64,000 nucleotides of DNA, from positions 25,276 to 89,275 of the forward strand of contig VXSG01000020.1 in the NCBI GenBank assembly GCA_009838075.1, in the 5' to 3' direction. The notes under the pieces were generated by a model that saw nothing but the letters and a program-made list of their open reading frames with translations, did no database searches and was not told where the DNA came from. A program made the position numbers and the translations under genes. Of the stretch, positions 9,868 through 19,754 are shown in pieces. Each line of letters starts with the position of its first letter. Within the stretch, counting starts at the first letter, position 1. This DNA is from Boseongicola sp. SB0665_bin_10. Its GTDB lineage: Bacteria > Pseudomonadota > Alphaproteobacteria > Rhodobacterales > Rhodobacteraceae.

Positions 9868-10003
9868 GGGTCACAGCCTCTTTGTTTTTTGCGCGACCGT
9901 TTCTTCGGCCTGTCGCAAGTTTTGACGCCCAATATGGGGGTCCGAGAGGAACATGACCACCCCAATTGCACCGATTCGTCACATAATTCTCTTCGGAGCA
10001 CGC

Positions 10004-11509
10004 CTATCTCCAGAACTCCGGGTTCAGGAGCGCGATCAATGCAAGCGTTTCCAGCCGACCCAGAACCATCGCCGCACAGAGGAGACCCTGCGCAGCATTG
10101 CCGAGACCCGCAAGCTCCATCGGTGCGCTGCCAACAATCTCGATCAACGGCCCCGTCGTCGAGAACGCCGCGACCGTCAATATCATGGACTCTTCCAGAT
10201 CCAGTCCGCCGATCAGGGAAAACCCGGTCATCACCAGGGAGCAGGAAAGGGCAAAGAGCATGCAGAACACCCAGGCGGCATATGCGCCTTGCCGCCTGAA
10301 TCGGCGCCCCAGCCGACCGGACCCGCCTATCGAGGATGGTTGGACCAGCTTCTCCATTTCGCGCACGCCATGTTGATAGAGCGCGTAGACCCGCAAGAGC
10401 TTTACGCCGCCTGCGGTGGTGGCCACGCCACCCCCCAGCAGTGCCAGGCCCAGGAGCAGAACACCCGGTGCGTTGAGGCCCGGCCAAGCCCTGGCCGCGG
10501 TCCACTCCTCCGCGACAAATCCCGTCGTCGTCAGGAACGAGGCGACCGTGAAGAGCGCGCCCCAGAGCTTGCGCAGACCATCGGACGGCGACAATCTGGA
10601 ATCTGCCTCGAAGCTCGCGATCCAGTTCCACAGGAGCAGCAAGGCGACGGCCGCAAGCACGAGAACAAGTCCAAGCCGCAGTTCAGGGTCGATCAGAAGG
10701 CTCCGCCAGCCACGCGGCCGCTCCTCGCGTGCAAATGTCAGGCGCGAAAGGGCGAAAACAAGAAAAATCAGGATGATGAACTCGCCCAACGGCCCGGCCT
10801 CGCTTCCATCCATGCCGCCGACCGGAGAGATTCCTGACGTCGCAATTGTGGACATTGCGTGGCAGAGCGCGACAAACGCGCTGTCGCCCGCGAGAAACAG
10901 CGACAGCCAGAGCACCAGCGTCAGGCCACCATATACCGGAAAGAGCCGCAACGCATAACGTCCCAGGCGCGTGGACGGATTGACCGACAGACTCGCTGGC
11001 TGATCTTGCTGCCCGATTTCGGCGCCGGACGTGACTTCAAACCCGCCAAGGCTCAATGGGGCAAGGATCGCAATCGCGACAACCCAGATGAAGAATCCGC
11101 CCATCCATCCGACTTGCGCCCGCCAGAGATGAGCCGATGGCGGAAGCGTGTCCGGATCCAGAATGGTTAGGCCTGTCGTCGTGATGCTGGACACCATCTC
11201 GACATACGCGTCGACAAACGCGGTTCCAGGCACGGCTTCCGAAACAGGCACGGCCAGCATGAGGGGAAGCAGCACCATGGTGCCAACGATGGAGATCAGG
11301 TGGCTGCGCCCGAGACTCCGGATCCGCATGCCGCCAATCGCCAGGGCCACCATCAGGAACAGGAGGCCGGACAGCAGGGCGGCATAGAAGAACGCCCTTG
11401 ACGTGAGATGATCGTCGATCGCCAGGGCGTGCGCAGCAGGCAACAGCATCGAGAGCCCGGCAAGCCCCATAAGGCTCACGATGAACGGCGCATCGCCAAG
11501 CCTGAGCAT
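10004..11509 (-). CDS. trkH: Trk-type potassium uptake membrane protein TrkH
   Basis: 501-aa polytopic membrane protein with repeated pore-loop-like 'TTTG/ATSG/TTTG/STTG' motifs. Its start overlaps the trkA stop (TGATG). Confidence 0.85.
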   Translation of the reverse strand: MLRLGDAPFIVSLMGLAGLSMLLPAAHALAIDDHLTSRAFFYAALLSGLLFLMVALAIGGMRIRSLGRSHLISIVGTMVLLPLMLAVPVSEAVPGTAFVDAYVEMVSSITTTGLTILDPDTLPPSAHLWRAQVGWMGGFFIWVVAIAILAPLSLGGFEVTSGAEIGQQDQPASLSVNPSTRLGRYALRLFPVYGGLTLVLWLSLFLAGDSAFVALCHAMSTIATSGISPVGGMDGSEAGPLGEFIILIFLVFALSRLTFAREERPRGWRSLLIDPELRLGLVLVLAAVALLLLWNWIASFEADSRLSPSDGLRKLWGALFTVASFLTTTGFVAEEWTAARAWPGLNAPGVLLLGLALLGGGVATTAGGVKLLRVYALYQHGVREMEKLVQPSSIGGSGRLGRRFRRQGAYAAWVFCMLFALSCSLVMTGFSLIGGLDLEESMILTVAAFSTTGPLIEIVGSAPMELAGLGNAAQGLLCAAMVLGRLETLALIALLNPEFWR

Positions 11510-12888
11510 CAGAAAAAGTCGATCGAGACCTGGAACAGGCGCTCAACCTCAGGCACGTCGCCTGCAAGCGCAAAGACCACGATCACGTCGCCCTCGTCTA
11601 TGCGTGTCGAACCGGTCGGCTTCTCCATCCTGCCGCCCTTCTCAACGGCTCCCACGATCACGCCATCCGGGAACTCGATATCGCGGATATGCCTGCCTGA
11701 AAGCGACGAAGTCGAAAGGATCGGCGCCTCGATCACTTCGGCTTCGGCATCCCCGATGGAGTAGACGCTCCTGACCTGGCCACCATGGCGAACGTGACGC
11801 AGGATTGAACTGACGGTCGTTGCGCGGGGATTGATGTAGGCATCTATCGACAGGGGATCCATCAACGGGATCAATGTCGGATCATTTATGAGCGCGATTG
11901 CAAAGGGACACCCGGCCTGCTTGGCCCGGACCGAAGCCAGAAGATTGGTGTTGTCGTCGTCGGTCACGGCAAGAATCGCATCGGCACGCTCGATGCCGGC
12001 CTCCGTCAGAAGGTCCGAGTTCATGCCGTCACCGTGCAGGACGATGGTGCGCTCCAGGGAATCGGCCGCGCCCTCGGCCTGTGCGAGATCCTTCTCGATG
12101 ACGCGCACGTGCCGACGTTCGGCGCGTCCTTCAAGCGCCTCCGCGACGGCAAGACCGACATTCCCGCCGCCAAGAATCACGACGTGCTCCTGTCGCTGCA
12201 CCTTCTTGCCAAAAATCCCCAAGATGCGCCCGATGTCCTCGAAATGCGTCATGACATGGACCTGGTCACCGGCAAAGAGCTGGTCGTCGGGACTGGGCGC
12301 AAAGAGCCTGCCGCTTCGCCTGACCGCAACGACAAGAGCCCTCAAGGTCGAAAACAGGTCGGTCAGTTGCCGGAGCGGTGTGTCAAGAACCGGGCAGTCC
12401 TCGCCCAGCTGGATGCCGAGCAACTGCGCCTTCCCTCCAAGAAACACGCCCGTGTCAAATGCCGCCGGCACGTTCAGACGTCTCAGGGCCGCCTCCGCGA
12501 CCTCGCGTTCCGGACTGATGACCACGTCGATCGGCATGTGGTCCTTGCGGAACAGGTCGGAATAGATTTCCGCGTGATAGCTCTGCGCACGGAGGCGCGC
12601 GATCTTGCGTCGCACTCTGAAAATTGAGTGGGCCACCTGACAGGTGACCATGTTCACCTCGTCGGAATACGTGGCCGCAATGATCATTTCAGCGTCTTTC
12701 GCGCCGGCGCGCTGCAGGACATCCGGATAGCTGGCATGTCCGGCAACGCCCTGAACATCAAGCGTGTCGGTCGCCCTGCGCACAAGATCCGGATTCTTGT
12801 CGACAATGGTCACGTCGTTTCTCTCGCCCGAGAGATGCCGCGCGATCTGCCAGCCGACCTGGCCCGCGCCGCAGATGATGACCTTCAT
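11509..12888 (-). CDS. trkA: Trk system NAD-binding component TrkA
   Basis: Two Rossmann/RCK repeats: 'MKVIICGAGQVGWQIARHL' and 'VVILGGGNVGLAVAEAL'. Confidence 0.9.
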   Translation of the reverse strand: MKVIICGAGQVGWQIARHLSGERNDVTIVDKNPDLVRRATDTLDVQGVAGHASYPDVLQRAGAKDAEMIIAATYSDEVNMVTCQVAHSIFRVRRKIARLRAQSYHAEIYSDLFRKDHMPIDVVISPEREVAEAALRRLNVPAAFDTGVFLGGKAQLLGIQLGEDCPVLDTPLRQLTDLFSTLRALVVAVRRSGRLFAPSPDDQLFAGDQVHVMTHFEDIGRILGIFGKKVQRQEHVVILGGGNVGLAVAEALEGRAERRHVRVIEKDLAQAEGAADSLERTIVLHGDGMNSDLLTEAGIERADAILAVTDDDNTNLLASVRAKQAGCPFAIALINDPTLIPLMDPLSIDAYINPRATTVSSILRHVRHGGQVRSVYSIGDAEAEVIEAPILSTSSLSGRHIRDIEFPDGVIVGAVEKGGRMEKPTGSTRIDEGDVIVVFALAGDVPEVERLFQVSIDFF

Positions 12889-12890
12889 GC

Positions 12891-13238
12891 CTAGCCCCTT
12901 GCCGTTCCGGACGGCATTTGTCTGGCACGGGCAAGGGCCATGATCAAGGCGCGGCGCGACCAGCCGAGGCGCAGGCGATGCCCGGGATGCCCGCGGACGC
13001 CAAAGCCGTCGCCCTGTTTCGTGCCGGGCCTCCGAAGATCCACTGCATCTTGCCCAGACCGTGCACGCGGCCGGGGAAGCGGGCGATGTCGTCCTCGATG
13101 TGCAAGGTCATGGCCCCCGGGCCACGAACATCGCGTCGACGTGCCGTTGACCGGGAATTCGTCCGGATCGGTTTGGGGATCATATGCCCAAGTGACCATC
13201 GGCCAGAAAGATGTTGCTGTTTCGTTCTGGCCGGTCAT
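12891..13238 (-). pseudogene. possible frameshifted VOC/glyoxalase-fold gene relic
   Basis: Three VOC-like pieces lie in two frames: 'MTGQNETATSFWPMVTWAYDPQTDPDEF', then 'AMTLHIEDDIARFPGRVHGLGKMQWIFGGP' (ORF 12944-13183), then 'QGDGFGVRGHPGHRLRLGW'. The total length matches a ~115-aa VOC protein. Confidence 0.3.
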
Positions 13239-13297
13239 GTTGCGTGGGCGGGCGCTGGAAACGCCCGATCCCCAGACGCCCGCACAGGAGCGAACAC

Positions 13298-13486
13298 GTG
13301 GCCCTGACACGGACGCACAGGCAGGTTGCCTGCCGGCTGCTTCCGCAGACGCGGGCGAACTGGCACTGGCTGGAGACCACGCTCGAAGCCCAGCGACAAC
13401 CCTACAACGCGGCACTTGAGGAACGGATCGACTTCCACCGGAAGACCGGAAAGTCGCGCACATACTTCGACCAGTGCAAGGCCCTG
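13298..13486 (+). pseudogene. N-terminal fragment (~60 aa) of an IS200/IS605-family TnpB (RNA-guided nuclease) gene
   Basis: Within ORF 13211-13591: '(V)ALTRTHRQVACRLLPQTRANWHWLETTLEAQRQPYNAALEERIDFHRKTGKSRTYFDQCKAL'. This matches the TnpB N-terminal pattern (R..v.RL.Pt..q...L..tl...R..yNaaLeeR......gks.ty.dQ.k.L). Similarity ends before the ntrX stop. Confidence 0.5.
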
Positions 13487-13520
13487 TGTCCATGCGCCCG
13501 TCAAGTGCCGGTTCCGCACT

Positions 13521-14939
13521 TCAGGTCGTCTCCTCCGCTTCTCCCGGCGCGGTTCCCTCCGCCGCCGCAGCGTTGCGTGAAGATGCCATGACATTCAGTG
13601 ACTTGAGCTTCCTGTGAAGAGCCGATCGTTCCATTCCCACGAACTTCGCCGCCCGGCTGATGTTGCCCCCGAACCGATTGAGCTGCGTGTTCAGGTACTC
13701 GCGCTCGAAGATTTCACGCGCCTGCCGGAGCGGCATGTTGGTGAAGTCCCCGGACAGGGCGGCCTTGCCGCCGTCCTGCGCCTTCGATCGACTCTCGCCC
13801 TCGACTTCGGTTGCGGTGATATCGCCCTTGTCCGCCCCGAGAATCAGCACTTTCTCGATCGTGTTCTTCAGCTGGCGGACATTGCCAGGCCAATTCATCG
13901 ATTGAAGCATCGCGACGGCATCGTCCGCAAGGTTTCGCAACGGAAGACCCTGCGACTTGTTGAACGACGCAATGAAATGCCGGGCGAGTTCCGGAATGTC
14001 GTCACTGCGATCGGCCAGGTCGGGAACCGTGATCGGCACGACATTCAGCCTGTGAAAGAGCCCTTCACGAAAATTTCCGGCTTCCACTTCGGCCTCGAGG
14101 TCCCGTGTCGTCGAAGAAACGACACGCAGGTCAACCCTCACCTTGTCCGTGCCCCCGACGCGCTGGAACTGCTGTTCGGTCAGCACGCGCAGAATCTTTG
14201 ACTGGGTTCCGCGCGGCATGTCTGCAACCTCGTCAAAGAAGACCACGCCACCATGCGCCTCTTCCAGCAGCCCCTGCTCGATTCCCCGTTCCGTGCTTTC
14301 GCGTCCGAAGAGAACCTCTTCCATGCGCTCCGGCGCTATCGATGCCGAACTGACCGAAACGAACGGCCCGTTCGCGCGGTCCGAATTGGCATGGATGTAG
14401 CGCGCCGCAATCTCCTTGCCAGATCCCGACGGGCCGGTCAGCATCACGCGCCCGTTCGACTTGGTCACCTTGTCAAGCTGCGATCTCAGAGACTTGCACG
14501 CGGGCGACGTCCCGATGATGTTTGCCGACCTCAGTTCCTTGCGGCGCAGTTCGGAGTTTTCCCGCCGCAGCCGCGAGGTTTCCATGGCGCGCGAGATCAC
14601 GACCAGCAACTGGTCGATGTTGAACGGCTTCTCAATGAAGTCGTAGGCACCCTGCTTGATGGCGGCGACGGCGATCTCGATGTTGCCATGCCCCGAAATG
14701 ATGATGATCGGAACGTCGGGATTGTCGCGTTTCGTGACTTTCAGGATGTCAATTCCGTCCATGCGGCTGTCCTTCAGCCAGATGTCGAGAATCATCAGGC
14801 CCGGCGGTTCCCGATTCAATTCGGTCATCGCCTCTTCCGAATTCGCCGCAATCCGGGTGTCGAATCCTTCGTCGCCCAGAATGTCCGAGATGAGAGTCCG
14901 AATGTCCTCCTCGTCGTCGACAATCAGAATGTCACCCAT
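13521..14939 (-). CDS. ntrX: response regulator NtrX (REC-AAA+-Fis HTH)
   Basis: 'MGDILIVDDEEDIRTLISDIL', Walker A 'GPSGSGKEIAARYIH' and a C-terminal HTH 'GGNISRAAKFVGMERSALHRKLKSL'. ATG 14939 has GGGAG upstream. The ORF track starts at TTG 14963. Confidence 0.9.
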   Translation of the reverse strand: MGDILIVDDEEDIRTLISDILGDEGFDTRIAANSEEAMTELNREPPGLMILDIWLKDSRMDGIDILKVTKRDNPDVPIIIISGHGNIEIAVAAIKQGAYDFIEKPFNIDQLLVVISRAMETSRLRRENSELRRKELRSANIIGTSPACKSLRSQLDKVTKSNGRVMLTGPSGSGKEIAARYIHANSDRANGPFVSVSSASIAPERMEEVLFGRESTERGIEQGLLEEAHGGVVFFDEVADMPRGTQSKILRVLTEQQFQRVGGTDKVRVDLRVVSSTTRDLEAEVEAGNFREGLFHRLNVVPITVPDLADRSDDIPELARHFIASFNKSQGLPLRNLADDAVAMLQSMNWPGNVRQLKNTIEKVLILGADKGDITATEVEGESRSKAQDGGKAALSGDFTNMPLRQAREIFEREYLNTQLNRFGGNISRAAKFVGMERSALHRKLKSLNVMASSRNAAAAEGTAPGEAEETT

Positions 14940-14979
14940 CAGCGTGTCTCCCACGTTCGGCAAGCCAAAGCGCGCCAGC

Positions 14980-17295
14980 CTAGTCGGTGCCAGCCGCCAA
15001 GGGCAGGCAGATTTCTGCCCGGGCCCCGACCTGGCCCGAATCGTCCAGCGGGCCGGCGTCCGTCAGAACCAGCGATCCCCCGTGCTCCTCAATGATCTTC
15101 TTCACTATGGACAGGCCCAACCCGGTCCCCTTTGCACGTGTCGACACATAAGGCTCGAAGAGCCGTGTCCGATCCTCCGGCAACCCGATCCCGTTGTCGG
15201 AAACCGCAATGCGCGCGACATGTCCCTCGACCTCCAGGCTGACATGGACCGCGGGTGCGTAGTTCTCTTTTTTCAGACCATTTTCCGCAATGCTCTCAAT
15301 TGCTTCACCGGCGTTCTTGATCAAGTTTGTCAATGCCTGACCCATCATTGTCTTGTCTATGTCGGCATAGACGGGCGTCTTTGGAATCTCTGAAATCAAT
15401 GCGTGCGCGTCGGTCGTCTCCTGCAGGGTCACTACATCCCGAACGGTCGCGGCCAAGTCCTGGCGGCTGCGCTCCGGCTCCGGCATTCGCGCAAACTTGG
15501 AAAATTCGTCCACGATGCGCCTCAGATCGTCTGTCTGACGCACGATCACGTCGGTCATCTGGTCAAGCTGGTCGGCATCATCTCCGGCCAGCGGGCGGAA
15601 TTTCCGCTTGATCCGCCCCGCAGAGAGCTGGATGGGCGTCAGCGGATTCTTGATTTCATGAGCGATCCTGCGCGCAACGTCACCCCAGGCCGCCATGCGC
15701 TGTGCCGTGACCAGGTCGGTCACGTCATCGAACGCAATCACGTATCCCTCCTCCTCGCCTTCCTCGCCGCGCCTCTTTGCAACCCGCACAAGGAGGGACT
15801 CGGCAACGCCGCCCCGTGACACCCGGACTTCGTCCTGCTCGGTCACGCGGCCGCTTTCATCCAGCCGGGCCAGCAAGGGCCCGAATTCCGGGACGGCCTT
15901 CCCCAGCGCCATGGACAGGCAGTCACCCTCGATCTTGAGGATGCGCTCCGCCGAGCGGTTGACGAACGTGATCCGTCCCTGGGTGTCGAGGCCTATGACA
16001 CCCGCAGTCACCGAGGAAAGCACGCTGTCGAACAGCCGTCGCCGCCTTTCGATCTGCTGATTCGTCGTGAGCAGCCGCTGGCGCTGGCCCTTGAGTTGCC
16101 GGGTCATCTGGTTGAAGAGGCGGCCAAGCATGGCGATTTCGTCGTCGCCGGGCTCCTCGCGCACCTGTACGTCCAGGTCTCCGGCGCCGACGCGCTGGGC
16201 AGCCCCGGCAAGCCGGCCAACCGGACGCGCCAGCCGCTCCGCGAACCATAGACCCAGCCATGTCGCCGCCAGGATCAGGATGACGGCAAAGCCAAGGTAC
16301 AAGAGCCCGAACTCGAACACGAGCTGCCCGCGTGCCGCCTCCAGCTCATTGTACAGCTTCGCCGTTTCCGCCGCCTCGTCCAGAAGGCCGAGAATCTTGC
16401 CATCGACGTTGCGCGACACGTAAAGATACCGGTCCGGAAACGCCGCAAGCATCACGAGCGCCCGGAATTCGTCCGTCTCAAGATCCTCGATGATCACCGT
16501 CTCGCCGGCCGTGGCCGCGGCTATTTCCTGCCCGCTCGGCACTTCAAAGTCGAACAGGTAGGATCGTTCCCCACGGGTGCGAATCTCCCCGGTGCCGTCG
16601 ATGACATAGGCCTCTCGCAAGCCGCGCTGCACCTGGCCCTGCCCCAACCCCAACAACTGCCGGAGATCGCCGTCGGAAACAAAGGCCGACCGGCTGCGCG
16701 ACGCATTCAGGAACTCCGCCAGCGCCTCGGCATCCTCGGCAAGGTCGCGTCGCTGGTCTTCCTGATAGGCCACGGCTGCGGACAGGGACGCCCGTACAAC
16801 ACCGCTCACCCGGTCGGAGAACCAGCTCTCCAGCCCGACATTGATCGTCAAGCCGGCAAATATTGCGACCATGACGGTCGGGATGAACGCTATCAGGGCA
16901 AAGACGCGCGTCAGCCGCAAGTGCAGGCGGGACCCCGCCGATCTCGCACGTCGCGCCGCAATCATCGCGGCAATCCGCCTGGCGACGAGAGCTGCCACCG
17001 CCAGCACGTAGATCAGGTCCGCCAGGAAGACGAGACGCAGAGTCAACGGCGAGGAGCTTCTGTCGAGCGGACCCAGCACGAGAAATGTCGCCAGAACCAG
17101 GACAGGTCCCAGAATGACGAGACTCAGCGGCCCGGCAGTGCGAAACCGCCGCAATTTCCAGATCGGGCTGGCTGTTGCCGGCGGCGCTCTGCGTGCTCTT
17201 TGGGCCACAAAAGATCCTGTCAAAATGCCGCGTTGCACCCGGCGGCCCGTTGCATGTTGAAGACTTGCAACAAAGACCGCCGGATTGGCACGCAA
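14980..17295 (-). CDS. ntrY: sensor histidine kinase NtrY
   Basis: N-terminal TM helices, HAMP and PAS regions, H-box 'AHEIKNPLTPIQLS' and ATPase 'GTGLGLSIVKKIIEEHGG'. The start (TTG 17295) is uncertain. Confidence 0.9.
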   Translation of the reverse strand: MRANPAVFVASLQHATGRRVQRGILTGSFVAQRARRAPPATASPIWKLRRFRTAGPLSLVILGPVLVLATFLVLGPLDRSSSPLTLRLVFLADLIYVLAVAALVARRIAAMIAARRARSAGSRLHLRLTRVFALIAFIPTVMVAIFAGLTINVGLESWFSDRVSGVVRASLSAAVAYQEDQRRDLAEDAEALAEFLNASRSRSAFVSDGDLRQLLGLGQGQVQRGLREAYVIDGTGEIRTRGERSYLFDFEVPSGQEIAAATAGETVIIEDLETDEFRALVMLAAFPDRYLYVSRNVDGKILGLLDEAAETAKLYNELEAARGQLVFEFGLLYLGFAVILILAATWLGLWFAERLARPVGRLAGAAQRVGAGDLDVQVREEPGDDEIAMLGRLFNQMTRQLKGQRQRLLTTNQQIERRRRLFDSVLSSVTAGVIGLDTQGRITFVNRSAERILKIEGDCLSMALGKAVPEFGPLLARLDESGRVTEQDEVRVSRGGVAESLLVRVAKRRGEEGEEEGYVIAFDDVTDLVTAQRMAAWGDVARRIAHEIKNPLTPIQLSAGRIKRKFRPLAGDDADQLDQMTDVIVRQTDDLRRIVDEFSKFARMPEPERSRQDLAATVRDVVTLQETTDAHALISEIPKTPVYADIDKTMMGQALTNLIKNAGEAIESIAENGLKKENYAPAVHVSLEVEGHVARIAVSDNGIGLPEDRTRLFEPYVSTRAKGTGLGLSIVKKIIEEHGGSLVLTDAGPLDDSGQVGARAEICLPLAAGTD

Positions 17296-17306
17296 TTGTT
17301 GCCGAT

Positions 17307-18668
17307 TTACATCAATTTTCGGCGCCGTGCCACGCGAATTTCAAGTTCAGTGATCTTTTTCCGCAGCGTATTGCGGTTGATGCCAAGCAGGTCAGCGCAC
17401 TTGGCCTGGTTTCCGCCCGTGGCATCAAGTGCCGTCTCGATCAGCGGCAATTCGACTTCGCGCAGGATCCGATGATAAAGTCCGGCCGGCGGAAGATGCC
17501 CACCATGCAGGTCAAAGTATCTCCTGAGATGCTTGGCAACGGAAGCGGAAACGCCGCCTTCGACGCCAGGCATGGGAATGACCTCCGGCTGGTTCTCGAG
17601 AACCGACTTCACGTCCGATCGCAGAATCCGCATTTCACCGCCCATCAGCATCAAGCGCCGCACGGTGTTTTCAAGCTGACGAACGTTGCCGGGCCAGGAA
17701 TATGCGCGAAGAAGCTCGACGGCGTGGCTGTCAAATTGGCGTGCCGGCGATCCATCTTGCTCGGCCCGCTGCGCGAAGTGCCGGGCCAGCAGCATGATGT
17801 CGTCAATCCGGTCCCGTAGCGGTGGCAGTTTCAATGTCATTCCGCTCAACCGGTAATACAGGTCTTGCCGAAAGCCGCCCTTGTCCATGGCCGCTGCAAG
17901 GTCGGCCTGCGTGGTCGCGACGATGCGCGGACCATCCTCCTCCAAGTCGTCCAGCATGCGGACAATGCGGGTTTGCGCTTCGAGCGAAAGGTCGGCGACC
18001 TCGTCGAGCAAAATGGTTCCGTTCCGTGCCCGGTTCTTCAGGGAGGACGACTCCTCGCCGTTCCGGAAGTCCGCTCCCGTCGCGTTGACAAGCGGCATGG
18101 TGCGCCGATCACCCAGGTCGTGAATGGTGCGGGCAATCAGGGACTTGCCCGTCCCGCTTTCGCCAGTGATCAATATCGGCAGATCGGCATTCATCACCCG
18201 GGCAATCACCTGATAGAGCGACTGCATTGCCGGGCTGCGTCCAACAAGAGGCAGGTCCTCGGCCACCACCTCGTCCGCTTGGGACGCCCGCGCACGGGAC
18301 CGCGACTTGTCTGCGAGCGCCCGGCTTACCCGCTTCATCAGGTCGGGCAGGTCGAAAGGCTTGGGCAGGTAGTGATAGGCGTCCGCCTCGGTCGCCTGAA
18401 TCGCCGTAACGATCGTGTTCTGCGCGGAGATCACGATGACCGGCAGGCCGGGACGTGCCGAGTTGATCTCGGGAACCAGCTCGATTCCGTTCCCGTCCGG
18501 CATGATCACGTCGGTGATCACCAGATCGCCCTTTCCCTCGTTGACCCATCGCATCAACGTAACAAGCGAAGACGTGGCGTGAACCTTGCAGCCGCCCCGG
18601 GTCAAGGCCTGGGTCAGCACCGTTCGGATCGTGCGGTCGTCGTCAGCTACCAGTACCGTGCCATCCAT
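17307..18668 (-). CDS. ntrC: nitrogen-regulation response regulator NtrC, variant lacking the GAFTGA loop
   Basis: '[18 protein letters not shown]', Walker A '[15 protein letters not shown]', Walker B 'ILLDEVADL' and Fis-type HTH '[21 protein letters not shown]'. Only about 41 aa separate Walker A from Walker B. Confidence 0.9.
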   Translation of the reverse strand: MDGTVLVADDDRTIRTVLTQALTRGGCKVHATSSLVTLMRWVNEGKGDLVITDVIMPDGNGIELVPEINSARPGLPVIVISAQNTIVTAIQATEADAYHYLPKPFDLPDLMKRVSRALADKSRSRARASQADEVVAEDLPLVGRSPAMQSLYQVIARVMNADLPILITGESGTGKSLIARTIHDLGDRRTMPLVNATGADFRNGEESSSLKNRARNGTILLDEVADLSLEAQTRIVRMLDDLEEDGPRIVATTQADLAAAMDKGGFRQDLYYRLSGMTLKLPPLRDRIDDIMLLARHFAQRAEQDGSPARQFDSHAVELLRAYSWPGNVRQLENTVRRLMLMGGEMRILRSDVKSVLENQPEVIPMPGVEGGVSASVAKHLRRYFDLHGGHLPPAGLYHRILREVELPLIETALDATGGNQAKCADLLGINRNTLRKKITELEIRVARRRKLM

Positions 18669-18683
18669 TGGACCCTCGCCGCG

Positions 18684-19754
18684 TCATTGTTGCTGATCTT
18701 TCGGGGCGGCTGGAAGCGACAGGCGGAAGGCCGTGCTGCCAGGCACACTTTCCACGGTGATCCAGCCATCGTGGTCGGAAACTATCCTTGAAGCCAGGGC
18801 CAGGCCCAGGCCGGTCCCGTTCTCCCGGCCTGAGACGAAGGGATCGAAAATGCCCTGCAAGATGCTGGAGGGAATGCCGGGACCGTCATCAACTATCTCG
18901 ACATTCAGGACCAGTCCGTCCGTGCGCCCGTTGCGTCGAATTTTCGACGCCATGTCATAGAACGTGCGAATCCGGATGCGACCGGGCGAACCGCCTGTCG
19001 CTTCGGCAGCATTCTTCAACAGGTTCGAGAAGACCTGCAGGATCTGGCCTTCGTCCACCCAGACCATTGGCAGTGACGGATCAAACTCGTCGACAAACTC
19101 CATATGTGCCGCAAATCCCACCGATGCCGAACGTCTCGCACGAACGATGAGATCGTGGACATTGACCGCCCGACAGACCGGTGGCCGCATGTTTCCGAAC
19201 TGCTCCACCTGCTCCAGAAGCGCAAGAATGCGCCGCGTCTCGCTGACGATCAGGTCGGTCAGGGCAAGATCGTCCTTGACAAGATTCATGCCAAGGAGCT
19301 GTGCAGCACCGGTGATGCCTGCCAGCGGGTTCTTGATTTCGTGCGCGAGCATTTCGGCCATGCCGATTGCGGATCTCGCGGCCGAGCTCCCGGACAGCGC
19401 CTGATTCAGCCGCTCTCTCACGAACCTGGGTTCCACCAGCATCACAAGGTGATCCGACGTGCCGATCATGGGCGCCAACTTGATGTCGCAGCGTTCAGCC
19501 GCGTTGCCGCCCGTGACGACATTCATGTTGTTCATGAAGAGCGGCGCCTGCTCGCGCCGAACTCTCGCGGCGTGTTCGCTCATGGGCGCGTCCGTGGCAA
19601 GTGCATCGAATGCGGACAGTCCGGCTGACTGCCGGGCTGAAGAATTCAGGTAGCTCTCGGCGGCCGGGTTCATCCCAACGATCCTGTCATTCCCGTCCAG
19701 CAGGATTGCAGGAACGGGAATCGACATCCATAGGCCGTCCTGGATCTTGGTCAT
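18684..19754 (-). CDS. ntrB: nitrogen-regulation sensor kinase NtrB
   Basis: PAS 'PVPAILLDGNDRIVGMNPAAESYL', H-box 'LAHEIKNPLAGITGAAQLL' and ATPase 'GTGLGLALASRIVSDHDG'. Confidence 0.9.
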   Translation of the reverse strand: MTKIQDGLWMSIPVPAILLDGNDRIVGMNPAAESYLNSSARQSAGLSAFDALATDAPMSEHAARVRREQAPLFMNNMNVVTGGNAAERCDIKLAPMIGTSDHLVMLVEPRFVRERLNQALSGSSAARSAIGMAEMLAHEIKNPLAGITGAAQLLGMNLVKDDLALTDLIVSETRRILALLEQVEQFGNMRPPVCRAVNVHDLIVRARRSASVGFAAHMEFVDEFDPSLPMVWVDEGQILQVFSNLLKNAAEATGGSPGRIRIRTFYDMASKIRRNGRTDGLVLNVEIVDDGPGIPSSILQGIFDPFVSGRENGTGLGLALASRIVSDHDGWITVESVPGSTAFRLSLPAAPKDQQQ

